IMG/VR virus record: IMGVR_UViG_3300006931_000001
Span: 53,395-117,394 of that record
Direction: 5' to 3' (one strand)
From: a virus
Length of the DNA: 64,000 nucleotides
Position 1 is the first letter of the stretch, and every line of letters starts with the position of its first letter. Shown here one piece after another: positions 39,835-49,432 of the stretch. The notes below the pieces were generated by a model. It saw nothing but the letters and a program-made list of their open reading frames with translations, was not told the origin of the DNA and did no database searches. Both the position numbers and the translations under genes were made by a program.

Positions 39835-40201
39835 TTCAACACAAATGATCGAGCTTGACAAGCGCCTATCAGAGCATGAGCGCGCAATTGAGCGTGCTAT
39901 GACTGCCGAATTTCACATGCAGACACTGTCTCGAGAGATCGAGCGTGTTCGTGTAGAGATGACATCTGCACGACAGCAAGTATCAAGCACGAGAGCTCTA
40001 CTGCTCGCGTGCATCGAAGAATTGAGTCCTACAGCAATCTTGGCTGAAGGTCCAGATGGGTTGTATCTAGAAAAAGAACAAACAACATCGCCTATGCCGA
40101 ATATAGGAGAACCGTGCAACTGTGCGGTTGCTGGTGTCAGAGAATGTAAGCGTCATGGAGTTTTGATAAACGAAGTAGCAAAAAGAGGAACAAACACATG
40201 A
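39827..40201 (+). CDS. Hypothetical coiled-coil protein
   Basis: ATG at 39827 after AAGGAG; C-terminal CNC...CKRH. Confidence 0.5.
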   Translation: MIDSTQMIELDKRLSEHERAIERAMTAEFHMQTLSREIERVRVEMTSARQQVSSTRALLLACIEELSPTAILAEGPDGLYLEKEQTTSPMPNIGEPCNCAVAGVRECKRHGVLINEVAKRGTNT

Positions 40202-40413
40202 GTGAATTTAAACAATATAGACGTAGTCAAATTGCAGAATTACGTCCGTGGATGCCTGAAGATGATCTAAGTAATGTCGCAATCTCGGTACCTGATCGTA
40301 ATAACGGAAGTCCAAAACAAGGAGACATGATCGCACGAAATCCCAAAAATCACGAAGATCAATGGCTTGTATCAGCACAATATTTTGCTGATAATTTTGA
40401 ACCTCTTGTCTGA
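40198..40413 (+). CDS. Conserved small phage protein (PGDYG-like pattern)
   Basis: FKQYRR..IAELRP...GSPKQGDMIARNPKNHEDQWLV...YF.DNFE. Confidence 0.6.
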   Translation: MSEFKQYRRSQIAELRPWMPEDDLSNVAISVPDRNNGSPKQGDMIARNPKNHEDQWLVSAQYFADNFEPLV

Positions 40414-40439
40414 ATTCACACGTTACAAAGGAATAAATC

Positions 40440-40607
40440 ATGGAAAAGAAAAACAAGTCTGACAAGATTAGCATCCGTCGTGAGTCAATTCGTGAGCTGA
40501 ATCCCGTCACGGAACTACCGACCGTGAATGGTGGCGGTATGTGTAGCACTGCCGCACCGACAGGTATGTGCTGCACGCAAAGCAAGACGTGCACTAAAAC
40601 GCTCTGA
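40440..40607 (+). CDS. Lanthipeptide/RiPP precursor-like peptide (double-glycine leader, Cys/Ser/Thr-rich core); not in ORF track
   Basis: MEKKNKSDKISIRRESIRELNPVTELPTVNGG|GMCSTAAPTGMCCTQSKTCTKTL*; AAAGGA RBS; fills intergenic gap. Confidence 0.72.
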   Translation: MEKKNKSDKISIRRESIRELNPVTELPTVNGGGMCSTAAPTGMCCTQSKTCTKTL

Positions 40608-40668
40608 CTTGTAACTAAATAATTTAGTCTAGCTTAATCTGTAGCATTATGCGAAGATAAGGAGCGAT

Positions 40669-41268
40669 ATGAAAAAACGAGACAAATCTCTCAAAGTCAA
40701 AAAGCGCAGAATTCGTAAGGATATTGATAGGCGAGAAGAATGCATCAAACGATGCACACGTTTGTTATTTCGTCTTGATCGTCTGAATCGTCGTTATTTT
40801 AGAGGTGATTCAGCTGATATCAGACTTTGCAATGAATCGCTAGCACGCATTGTGGAGTACGTAAAAACGATGCCTGCGTCGTGGAATCCGCGTTCTAAAG
40901 GAAAGAACGCAATGATTCCTGGAATGAAGATTAGAATACGTGACGGTATTGAAAAATCACGTATGGCTACGATTAAGCATCTTGGAGGTCCAAAGCGTTT
41001 CTATGGAGCGCTGATTGTATCAGAAGACACACCCAAGACATTCATTGTCAAGCTAACCGACGGTGTGAAGACAGTTGCTTGGAAGCGCGACATTGAACCA
41101 ATTTGTGAAGGCGGACCAGAGCCTGTGGTGATTGATGATACACCTGAACCTGTGGTTCGTGAGGTAACGCCAGTAGATCCATTACAGAAGAAAGCTATTG
41201 AAAACAAGCACATCGAGCATGCACTGGCCGCACAGGCGGAAGAGAGCAAGAAAACAGGTGCGTCTTGA
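40669..41268 (+). CDS. Basic hypothetical protein
   Basis: 199 aa, AAGGAG RBS. Confidence 0.55.
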   Translation: MKKRDKSLKVKKRRIRKDIDRREECIKRCTRLLFRLDRLNRRYFRGDSADIRLCNESLARIVEYVKTMPASWNPRSKGKNAMIPGMKIRIRDGIEKSRMATIKHLGGPKRFYGALIVSEDTPKTFIVKLTDGVKTVAWKRDIEPICEGGPEPVVIDDTPEPVVREVTPVDPLQKKAIENKHIEHALAAQAEESKKTGAS

Positions 41269-41525
41269 ATCATTTTGTGGTTACTGATAGCACCATGATC
41301 CTGTGCATCGGTTACGACAAACACCAGATGCAACTAGAAGTTGTGTTTTCAACGTCGCTTGACTACGTGTATGAGTATAAGAATGTACCGCTACAGACTG
41401 TTAACGGTTTGATGTTTAGTGAGAGCATCGGTAGTTATTTTGCAGCCAACATCAAATCGCACTATCACTTCACCAAGAAACCTATCTCTGCTACTCTGAA
41501 ACGAAAGCTTCACATCAAAGGATAA
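41265..41525 (+). CDS. KTSC-domain protein
   Basis: DSTMILCIGYD...LEVVF...VYEYKNVP...LMFSESIGSYFAANIK. Confidence 0.85.
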   Translation: MNHFVVTDSTMILCIGYDKHQMQLEVVFSTSLDYVYEYKNVPLQTVNGLMFSESIGSYFAANIKSHYHFTKKPISATLKRKLHIKG

Positions 41526-41765
41526 ATGACTATGAAGAAAGATAAGAAGAGCAAGAAAGCTGACAAGGCGACAAAGAAGTCTAAGAAGGCCAAGCGCAAG
41601 ATGCCCAAGGGTGATGCACATCCTGCATCCAAGATCACGGACGCCAAGATCGAGAAGATGCGAGCGAAGTACGAGACAGGCAAGTATACACAGGCAGACC
41701 TGGCTAAGACCTTCGGTTTGTCTTTGCCGTATACTAATCGAATCCTCAAAGGACACGCACGGTAA
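41526..41765 (+). CDS. Small Lys-rich helix-turn-helix DNA-binding protein
   Basis: GDAHPASKITDAKIEKMR...YTQADLAKTFGLSLPYTNRILKG, like the HTH found C-terminal in phage HNH proteins but without a nuclease domain. Confidence 0.7.
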   Translation: MTMKKDKKSKKADKATKKSKKAKRKMPKGDAHPASKITDAKIEKMRAKYETGKYTQADLAKTFGLSLPYTNRILKGHAR

Positions 41766-41768
41766 GTC

Positions 41769-42032
41769 ATGCCTCGAATTTTCGTTGCTGTGAGCGATAA
41801 GAAGGATGACGTACCACGTCGTCTGGTGACAGGTGGCCTAGCAAATCTCAAGAAAGAGATGAAGGAGTATCCTGATACACGGTGGGTGGTATCGCTGTAC
41901 AATTTTAAACCAAGTGTGGATAATATCTGCACATTGATTAAAGGCATCACTTCAAAGAAAGCCATGAAACTCGTAACAGAGAATTATGAGTTTGAGGTGA
42001 ACAGCGGAGGTCGCCTGCGTCAAGTCAGTTAA
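41769..42032 (+). CDS. Hypothetical protein
   Basis: 87 aa, followed by terminator. Confidence 0.55.
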   Translation: MPRIFVAVSDKKDDVPRRLVTGGLANLKKEMKEYPDTRWVVSLYNFKPSVDNICTLIKGITSKKAMKLVTENYEFEVNSGGRLRQVS

Positions 42033-42059
42033 TTGCCACCACAAACGCTCGACAGATTT

Positions 42060-42092
42060 AAGGCTCTACGTTGAATGCGTAGAGCCTTTTTC
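42060..42092 (+). terminator. Rho-independent terminator
   Basis: AAGGCTCTACG-TTGAATG-CGTAGAGCCTT followed by T-run. Confidence 0.85.
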
Positions 42093-42120
42093 TATTCTCA
42101 TTTAAAGGATAATTTGGCTT

Positions 42121-42453
42121 ATGCCTCGTTTTCTCGTGACATATGTAATTCCTGAACAACACCACAAGCGAATTGTAGAATTACCATCTCCAGAAATTGC
42201 TGCAAAATTTGTGACAGATACGACACTTAATGCAATTAATATTAAAGTAGAGGAGCTTGGTAATAATGATGAGTGCACATCCAATCTAGAAGTATATCAA
42301 TGGTGTTCAGAGTGTGATCTTCCGATTTGGACATCAGATCCCGATGATTCTTATATAGGATGTAACGATCCTAGAAATCCATTCGTGCATACTGCATGTG
42401 CAAAAGCTCGCAAGAATATACTAGAATATACTAGAATGTGCAGAAAGCCATAA
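42121..42453 (+). CDS. Zinc-binding hypothetical protein
   Basis: WCSEC...HTAC; AAAGGA RBS. Confidence 0.5.
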   Translation: MPRFLVTYVIPEQHHKRIVELPSPEIAAKFVTDTTLNAINIKVEELGNNDECTSNLEVYQWCSECDLPIWTSDPDDSYIGCNDPRNPFVHTACAKARKNILEYTRMCRKP

Positions 42454-42476
42454 GAAAATATGAAAGCATATATAGG

Positions 42477-43607
42477 ATGGATCGTATCAAAATGCATGTA
42501 GTCCTTGTATCGGATATTCATATCCATCCGTGGCAAGAGCATTCGTCTTTAAGACACGATGGTCCTAGCCGCTTACTGGATTGTGTTACTGTACTAGATG
42601 ACGTGCTTAGATACTGTCTAAATCATAGTATAGAGCACGTAATTGTAGGCGGTGATTTATTTCACAAGCGTGGAATTGTATACACGCAAGCTTACAATTT
42701 GATCGTGGAAAGATTAGCTGCGTTCAAGAAACATAGAATATCCGTGTATATGGTTGACGGAAACCACGATCATGCAAATAAGACAGGTACAGTGCACTGT
42801 GTGCAAGCCTTAATTGCAGCTAATTTGGTTTTTGGCATACCAGCATTTAGAGGCTACACGCTGTGGGACTTTAGAGAGCCTAAAGAAGCTGGTACTGAAC
42901 TCATCGTAAGTGCGTTGTCTTACTGCGATGATAAACATCAATTTGATAAACGACTAACACGTGTTTTGAATCAGTACGAGCATACTAGTAAAGGCTATCC
43001 TCATATTTTGGTGTGTCATCATGGATTCAAAAATGCACGTGTCGGTACAGCTCTTGAGTACCAAGTAAAAGAAGAAATTGATCCTGAAATACTCAGAGGC
43101 CATTTTGACCATATTTTCAGTGGTCACTATCATACGAGACAAAAAATTGGTGCATTAGATAACGCAATTTACATCGGCTCACCTTTGGAAAATACCAGAG
43201 GAGAAGGAGGAACACGTAAAGGATTTATTGACTACAACACGAAGACACATGATTGGAAATTAGTACCTATCAAGCGTCCGAAATTTATTGTGTTATCACA
43301 AGAAAGCATCAATGATAAAAATTATGACGACGTGGAAGGTAACTACGTTGATGTGGTTTACACTAAACTGAAAAATCCAGATGCATTTAGAGAACGACTG
43401 TTCAAACTCGGAGCGGCTGGTGTGAAGTTAGTACCACGAGCTCAAAAACGCGTGTCAGATGCGCCAGAAACGCGTTTGGATGTGAACCTCGGCATGGATG
43501 GCCGAACGCTCTTGAAGCGCTACCTGGCGCATTGTAAAGCATCTAAAACTCAACGTACGACATTACTTGAACTTGGTATTGAGCTCTTAGAAAAAGCACA
43601 ACAATGA
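42477..43607 (+). CDS. Mre11/SbcD-like metallophosphoesterase nuclease
   Basis: SDIH, GGDLFH, GNHD, CHH, SGHYH, YIGSP; start 42477 or 42492. Confidence 0.92.
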   Translation: MDRIKMHVVLVSDIHIHPWQEHSSLRHDGPSRLLDCVTVLDDVLRYCLNHSIEHVIVGGDLFHKRGIVYTQAYNLIVERLAAFKKHRISVYMVDGNHDHANKTGTVHCVQALIAANLVFGIPAFRGYTLWDFREPKEAGTELIVSALSYCDDKHQFDKRLTRVLNQYEHTSKGYPHILVCHHGFKNARVGTALEYQVKEEIDPEILRGHFDHIFSGHYHTRQKIGALDNAIYIGSPLENTRGEGGTRKGFIDYNTKTHDWKLVPIKRPKFIVLSQESINDKNYDDVEGNYVDVVYTKLKNPDAFRERLFKLGAAGVKLVPRAQKRVSDAPETRLDVNLGMDGRTLLKRYLAHCKASKTQRTTLLELGIELLEKAQQ

Positions 43608-43930
43608 TATTAAAGCAATTTCTGACTGTCTACAGAGGCGCAAGTGTGGATACAGGAGGACTTTTATATTTTAACAATGCATATTATGATACATTAAAAC
43701 AGGCTATTGCTGATTCTAAAGACATTCCTCATCAATATAATTGGAGACCAGAGCCACAACCTGCTATAGAACTCACAGGAGGAGAAATATACATACTAAC
43801 TAAAATAATATTACATAAATACGATGATGATGCTAAACGCATTAAAGCGCTGGCTAAATTAACTGACGAAGAAAAAATATTATTAGGTTTGAAAAAGATA
43901 ATAGATTTGAAAAGTGAATCCAACAAATGA
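43604..43930 (+). CDS. Hypothetical protein
   Basis: Ends with ALAKLTDEEKILLGL, a common phage C-terminal motif; ATGA coupling both sides. Confidence 0.55.
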   Translation: MILKQFLTVYRGASVDTGGLLYFNNAYYDTLKQAIADSKDIPHQYNWRPEPQPAIELTGGEIYILTKIILHKYDDDAKRIKALAKLTDEEKILLGLKKIIDLKSESNK

Positions 43931-44916
43931 TTCAACAGATAGAGCCAGCTGGAGCCAAGGCCAAAGAGTGGGACAAACTAAATCCACTTTTTGCGGATCC
44001 GCAGTGGACTATAGAACCTAAATTGGATGGATGGCGTTTTCTGTTACACGTTGGAAATAAACTTCCACGCGTTTATTTGACAGGACGACATATTACCAAA
44101 AAGACAGGTACGTACAGCGAGAAAGGAGAATGTGCACCTCACTTACTTCCAATTGGTAACACACGTCGAAAGATGCTTGATAAGTTTGGATATACAGTAA
44201 TTGACGGTGAAATTATGCCGCCGCTAGGCGCTGGATTTAGAGATTTAGCTGGCATAATGAATGTAACGCCAGACAAAGCACACGCACGGATTGAGGAGAT
44301 TGGGTATCCTGAATATCATGCGTTTGATTTATTATATTACGATGGTAAAGATGTACGATCAAGACCACAATCGTGGCGCTATGCTACGCTCCACGAGCTA
44401 ATTTGTACTATGTGGGAAGAGCATACTTACGTATATGGAGTACAAGGCTTCAGTAAAGATAAACTCTTGCGATACAATAATTGGGTGGCTGGTGGAGGTG
44501 AAGGCGCCATCCTCAAAGACTCTAACGCCGAATACGGCAAAGGATGGGTGAAGGTAAAAAAGAGCGTCACATTAGATGTTGTAATTACGGGCTTTACGGA
44601 AGCCAATGAAGGCGTTACTGGAAAATATAAAGGCCAGATCGGTGCAGCTCTCATCAGCGTATACGACCAAAATAAATTAGTCGAAGTTGGTCAAGTGAGT
44701 GGCATGACTGATGAGATTCGACTTGACATGTCAAGTCAACCAAAGAACTACATTGGTAAAGTCGTAGAGGTACAAGCGCAAGAGATGGCAAAAGATCGAC
44801 TCAGGCATCCGCGGTTCAAGCGTATGCGTCCTGAAACAGCTGCAAAGCATGCAACGATGAGGAAGCTGTTAATTGATTTATCTAGTATGGCTGTGAAGAA
44901 AGAAAAAATGCCATGA
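43927..44916 (+). CDS. ATP-dependent DNA ligase
   Basis: EPKLDGWR, IDGEI, AFDLL, EGAILK, WVKVK, OB-fold LRHPRFKRMR. Confidence 0.93.
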   Translation: MIQQIEPAGAKAKEWDKLNPLFADPQWTIEPKLDGWRFLLHVGNKLPRVYLTGRHITKKTGTYSEKGECAPHLLPIGNTRRKMLDKFGYTVIDGEIMPPLGAGFRDLAGIMNVTPDKAHARIEEIGYPEYHAFDLLYYDGKDVRSRPQSWRYATLHELICTMWEEHTYVYGVQGFSKDKLLRYNNWVAGGGEGAILKDSNAEYGKGWVKVKKSVTLDVVITGFTEANEGVTGKYKGQIGAALISVYDQNKLVEVGQVSGMTDEIRLDMSSQPKNYIGKVVEVQAQEMAKDRLRHPRFKRMRPETAAKHATMRKLLIDLSSMAVKKEKMP

Positions 44917-45239
44917 TAAAATGTCCGCGTTGTAGTTTGAATCTACTCAAGCCTGCAGATGTTGTTTACTACAAATGTCCATGTGGTTGGACAGGCACGT
45001 ACGGAGCAAATTTTATTTCTTCTGCTGTTAAAAAAGAAGAAGCAGAATTTGAAACATTCGAATTCGATGAAGACTTGGCGTTTGCAAAGCTCGTACTCAA
45101 TTCACCACTGTACAGTGATGTGACCAAGAGTCTCGCGCGACACGTTATAAAGCAAAACGAAATCGTACGTAATTATATCAAAAATAAGGATGATCCTAAA
45201 ACTTTTGAAGTAATCAAAAGAGCATTTTCGTGCGACTGA
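44913..45239 (+). CDS. Zinc-ribbon hypothetical protein
   Basis: KCPRC...KCPCGW. Confidence 0.55.
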   Translation: MIKCPRCSLNLLKPADVVYYKCPCGWTGTYGANFISSAVKKEEAEFETFEFDEDLAFAKLVLNSPLYSDVTKSLARHVIKQNEIVRNYIKNKDDPKTFEVIKRAFSCD

Positions 45240-47080
45240 TTACAGTTAGTGCTGAGAATTTTATCAGCATAGGACCGCGTATTACGCTCAATCTACGAAA
45301 ACGTGGGTTGGTGTGTGTGGAAGGTGAGAATCATGACGATCCATCTACTAAGAGTAATGGATCTGGAAAAACTACTGTATGTCTAGATACTGTTAGTTGG
45401 TGTTTGTGGGGTGTAACCACGCGTGGCTACGAAGGTGATGATGTAGTAAACAGACATGTAGGTAAGAATTGTCTTGTGCGTGTGCATCTATCTATACACA
45501 ATCAAGATGTGATCGTAATCCGTGCACGTAGTCACGATAAATACAAACACCAGCTGCGTCTGAAGATAGATGGCCATGATATGACTGGCGCGTCTACAAA
45601 AGAAACGCAAACAGCAATTGAGCGTTTGTCTGGAATGAACGCACAGACATTTCTGAACAGCGTCATGTTCGGTGCAACGCCGGGATATCGATTCAGTGCG
45701 CTTACAGACAAACAGCAAAAGGACGTATTTGATGATGCTCTTGGTATGTCTCAGTACACGCGAGCTCATGCGGTAGCTCGTGAGGAATTGCGAAATGAAC
45801 AGGCTGCGTTTGACAGCCTAGAGCTCATTGCAGCCAATGTTCGGTCTTCATACCACGAAGTACGCCGACGATTGAAGACGCTAATACGTAAAGATAAGCA
45901 TCATACTAATAAACAGCGACAAAAATTAGTCCATAGGAAAAAGAAATTAGCTCACGAAATCACAAAACTCAAAAGTCAAGAGCTGTCTAAAAATAATGTA
46001 TCATCTAGAATTAAAAAACTAGATGTACAAACAGCAAAGCTTGATACAAGACGTCTAGCACTGCATGGAAGAATTTCTTTATTTCGTACAAGATTATCCG
46101 TACATCAGAACAAAATCAAACAGCAAAACAGAGCGCTAGCACGTAGTGCGATCAAAGAAGAATCATACACTTGCGAAGAATGTGGTTCCGTAATTACAGC
46201 AGCTATGCGTCAAGTCCATGAGGATAAGCTTACACAGGACAGAGCAGCAACTCTGGATTTAATAGCTAAGGTAGAATTACGAATCAACAAATTAGAACAA
46301 CAGGAGACGAATATTGAAAAACAAATACAAGTTTTGTCAGAAGAGAAAAACAAGTTTCAAAAGAAATATGTGAATGCAAAAATCCTTCTAAGCAAATTAG
46401 AGGATAAGCGTGATGAGTGGCGACGCATAATACAAGAAATCAGAGATTTAGTAGATCAGGTAAGTCCGTATTGTTCACTCATTGACACAGCGAAACTAGA
46501 GTTGCGCAATTTCAAAAAAGAAATCAGCAAGACAGCACAGCAACTCAAAAAACACAAACGTGCAATTAGTAAGTTGGAATTTTGGATTGAAGCATTTGGA
46601 CCTAAAGGTTTACGATCCTACTTGATAGATACAGCATTGCCGTATCTCAACGAGCGTGCTGCTTACTATACGCAGATGCTTACTGACAGTGCTATAGACA
46701 TAGAATTTCGAACACAGAGCAAACTCAAAAACGGTGCTCTTGCTGAGAAATTCGAAGTAGCTGTGCGCAACAATCATGGCGCTGCTACCTACCGAGGTAA
46801 TAGTGGTGGAGAAAAAGCCAAGGTTGATCTCTGTGTCGGACTAGCGCTGCAGGATTTGGTGATGTCACGTGCTGTCACGCGTACTAACGTGGCTTTCTTC
46901 GATGAGGTCTTTGATAAGATGGATGAGGCTGGTGTAGAGCGCGCTGTGAACGTGCTCATGGAGGTAGCTAAGGAGCGTGAAAGCGTGTTCGTAGTGACGC
47001 ACCTAGAAGCTCTGCGAGATTATTTCCCGACATCTATCACAGTGGTTAAGCAAGCTAAAATGTCAAGATTGGAAGAGTAA
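45230..47080 (+). CDS. Rad50/SbcC-like ABC ATPase
   Basis: ENFISIG, Walker A NGSGKTT, coiled coil with CEECG hook, signature SGGEK, Walker B FFDEVFD, VVTH. Confidence 0.93.
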   Translation: MRLITVSAENFISIGPRITLNLRKRGLVCVEGENHDDPSTKSNGSGKTTVCLDTVSWCLWGVTTRGYEGDDVVNRHVGKNCLVRVHLSIHNQDVIVIRARSHDKYKHQLRLKIDGHDMTGASTKETQTAIERLSGMNAQTFLNSVMFGATPGYRFSALTDKQQKDVFDDALGMSQYTRAHAVAREELRNEQAAFDSLELIAANVRSSYHEVRRRLKTLIRKDKHHTNKQRQKLVHRKKKLAHEITKLKSQELSKNNVSSRIKKLDVQTAKLDTRRLALHGRISLFRTRLSVHQNKIKQQNRALARSAIKEESYTCEECGSVITAAMRQVHEDKLTQDRAATLDLIAKVELRINKLEQQETNIEKQIQVLSEEKNKFQKKYVNAKILLSKLEDKRDEWRRIIQEIRDLVDQVSPYCSLIDTAKLELRNFKKEISKTAQQLKKHKRAISKLEFWIEAFGPKGLRSYLIDTALPYLNERAAYYTQMLTDSAIDIEFRTQSKLKNGALAEKFEVAVRNNHGAATYRGNSGGEKAKVDLCVGLALQDLVMSRAVTRTNVAFFDEVFDKMDEAGVERAVNVLMEVAKERESVFVVTHLEALRDYFPTSITVVKQAKMSRLEE

Positions 47081-47081
47081 G

Positions 47082-47384
47082 ATGCAGATTAATAAAGGTT
47101 TGATGATGCGAGATAATCCGATTATCGGTAAACGTTGTCACATTTATCCCGTCAAGCATGAAGAATCTCACGATCATGTAGAATATGTAGTATTAGATGT
47201 TACGACACTATACGAACCCATATGGGAAAATAGAGCTATAAATAATCAAATTCAACGTATCTTAATTGATAGTAAAATATCAACATATTTTACTGTGATG
47301 ACACCTACAGGCTATGTTCAACGATTTGAACTCTTTGGTGGTGACTGGGAAGCTAGAGTTCTTGGCGTAGGAGATGATAAGTGA
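47082..47384 (+). CDS. Hypothetical protein
   Basis: 100 aa in operon. Confidence 0.5.
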   Translation: MQINKGLMMRDNPIIGKRCHIYPVKHEESHDHVEYVVLDVTTLYEPIWENRAINNQIQRILIDSKISTYFTVMTPTGYVQRFELFGGDWEARVLGVGDDK

Positions 47385-47998
47385 CACGAGAAGCACGACT
47401 TACTGTTTGGCAAAATCGTGCGAATAGCTGCAAAAGATGTGATTTTGCAATCACACGTACTAGAGCTGTGTTTGGTGAAGGCTCTCACAAAGCTAAAATT
47501 ATGTTAATAGGTGAAGCTCCTGGCGAACAAGAGGATTTGTCTGGTAGACCTTTTGTTGGTCGTAGTGGTAAACTACTTGATTTTTTATTATCCAAAGCTA
47601 AGCTAAATAGGACAGAAATATACATTGCCAATACAGTAAAATGCAGACCACCAAATAATAGACAACCTACGAGTTTCGAATTAGATGCATGCAAGAGATT
47701 TCTCGTAAATCAAATACGCATAATTAAGCCTGCAGTAATCGTAGCGCTTGGCCGTACCGCATACGATGCACTCACACAGCCTGAATATGAAGAGCCCGTA
47801 TCAAGCCTACGTGGTATAGCTATGAATGGTCGGATACTGCTTAATGGCATAGGCAAAGATGATGGTGTAACAAAAGAGTTTGCAGAGAGCTGTCACGTAG
47901 TTGTCACGTATCATCCGTCTTATGTGCTACGAACGCCCAGAGCGGCTAAACTCGTCGTGAAAGACCTGAAGCTTGCAAGCAAACTCGCGATGCGATAA
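47381..47998 (+). CDS. Uracil-DNA glycosylase, family 4 (Fe-S)
   Basis: CKRC, VFGEG, GEAPG, GRPFVGRSG, NTVKCRPPNNR, VALG, TYHPS. Confidence 0.93.
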   Translation: MTREARLTVWQNRANSCKRCDFAITRTRAVFGEGSHKAKIMLIGEAPGEQEDLSGRPFVGRSGKLLDFLLSKAKLNRTEIYIANTVKCRPPNNRQPTSFELDACKRFLVNQIRIIKPAVIVALGRTAYDALTQPEYEEPVSSLRGIAMNGRILLNGIGKDDGVTKEFAESCHVVVTYHPSYVLRTPRAAKLVVKDLKLASKLAMR

Positions 47999-48018
47999 GC
48001 TCGTATCGAGGTCAATGT

Positions 48019-48789
48019 ATGAAGCGCGATAAATTGATACGGCGAATGAGAAGAGCACATATAGCTGCGCAGAGAGAACACACGTCTACAATCTCTAAAA
48101 TGAAGACAGCTCTGGCCAAGAGCATGGTCAGTGGTTTTGACGACGAGACATTCACGACGACCAAATCTCGTAGCCTCAAAAAACTGCGTAATTATACGTT
48201 CGCAGGTTGGGCGCGCTATAGCGTAAAAGCACGAGAGCGCTGCAAGCATAAGCGCAAAATCAAGGTTAATAAACACTGGCGCCAGTGTCGACGATGCAGA
48301 CTGTGCATACCGAGACTCGGTAAGCCACCAAAATTCATCAAATTACCGCCGATTCTTAAGGACGTAATACTTCCACCACGCTACGAAGATGATCAGAGAG
48401 CAGACCTTCGTGGCATGCTGACTGAGTCAGGAATTGCACTTAACAAATTTATTAGACTGAATGTAATCCAATACAATTGGAAAACAGATCCGTTCATTGA
48501 TCGATTCAGTGTGGAATTACGCTTTGGAAAACTTGGATGGAAGACAGTAGCAGTGGTATATGAAACGCACTGGTACAAAATATTGCCGCTTGTACAAGCA
48601 GCGAATCCAAAGAAACCCAAAAAGCTGTTCTATAAACTACAAAAGAAATTAGGCACTCAATGGCCGGAGCCCTGGCTTCCTTCTCCATGGAAGCGGAAAG
48701 GTTCCTGGCGTTTATATTGGGACAAGAGCACGATAGCCACAGTCAAGAATGGAACCGTAATTTACGGCAAAGCTAAGGAAAAAGTATGA
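48019..48789 (+). CDS. Highly basic hypothetical protein
   Basis: 256 aa, Lys/Arg/Trp-rich, CKH...CRRC. Confidence 0.55.
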   Translation: MKRDKLIRRMRRAHIAAQREHTSTISKMKTALAKSMVSGFDDETFTTTKSRSLKKLRNYTFAGWARYSVKARERCKHKRKIKVNKHWRQCRRCRLCIPRLGKPPKFIKLPPILKDVILPPRYEDDQRADLRGMLTESGIALNKFIRLNVIQYNWKTDPFIDRFSVELRFGKLGWKTVAVVYETHWYKILPLVQAANPKKPKKLFYKLQKKLGTQWPEPWLPSPWKRKGSWRLYWDKSTIATVKNGTVIYGKAKEKV

Positions 48790-48863
48790 CTTTCTGGTGT
48801 GGAATTATCATAGCTGTAATAATATTTGTTGCGCTTTCCTTTGAACCGCAAAGGAAGCCATAA
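48786..48863 (+). CDS. 25-aa membrane peptide (not in ORF track)
   Basis: MTFWCGIIIAVIIFVALSFEPQRKP; ATGA and TAATG overlaps at both ends. Confidence 0.45.
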   Translation: MTFWCGIIIAVIIFVALSFEPQRKP

Positions 48864-49432
48864 TGCGAGGTAAAGGAAAACGCAATAGATTAGCTGTGCA
48901 TATGAGTAGCGCTAAAATGACATGGCGTTCTCCCACACCTCTAATTAAGAGACTCAAAAAAGCATGGAAAAAGCATGGAGGTATTGGTCTTGATCCATGC
49001 GCTAGCAGCAAACGCAAGCATTGGTTTGCGTCACACAATCTCACAGGTGATGGCACATCAAAAGACGATGGCTTGGATGCTAGCTGGCGTGGATATGGAT
49101 TGGTCTATGCCAATCCTGTGTATGGTTACAAATTGAAAACCTGGATCATGAAAGCAGTCTACGAGTTTAGACACAAAGAGTGGACTGCAAAAGAAGCACT
49201 GCGATGTGAAAATGATGAATTAATACTTCTTACACCTGCACGAACCGATACTAGATGGTTTCACGATCACTTACTTCCTTACGTTGACGCTGTGTGCTTC
49301 ATCAAAGGACGGTTACACTTCGACGACAAGAAACATCCTGCACCATTTCCATCCATGTTGACGTATATCGGAACACGTAAAAAACTATTTAAGCAAGTCT
49401 GCAAACGCTTAGGATTGGTGATAATGCAATGA
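48863..49432 (+). CDS. Phage DNA N6-adenine methyltransferase
   Basis: WRSP, LDPCAS, DGLDASW, YANPVY (NPPY-like), LTPARTDTRWFH, FIKGRLHF, APFPS. Confidence 0.88.
   Translation: MRGKGKRNRLAVHMSSAKMTWRSPTPLIKRLKKAWKKHGGIGLDPCASSKRKHWFASHNLTGDGTSKDDGLDASWRGYGLVYANPVYGYKLKTWIMKAVYEFRHKEWTAKEALRCENDELILLTPARTDTRWFHDHLLPYVDAVCFIKGRLHFDDKKHPAPFPSMLTYIGTRKKLFKQVCKRLGLVIMQ

Noticed and set aside
41526-41765. HNH homing endonuclease
   Set aside because: Only the HTH-like part is present; no HNH catalytic motif in or upstream of the ORF.
42411-42437. 10-bp tandem AGAATATACT repeat
   Set aside because: About 2.5 copies inside coding sequence; compatible with chance or trivial slippage.
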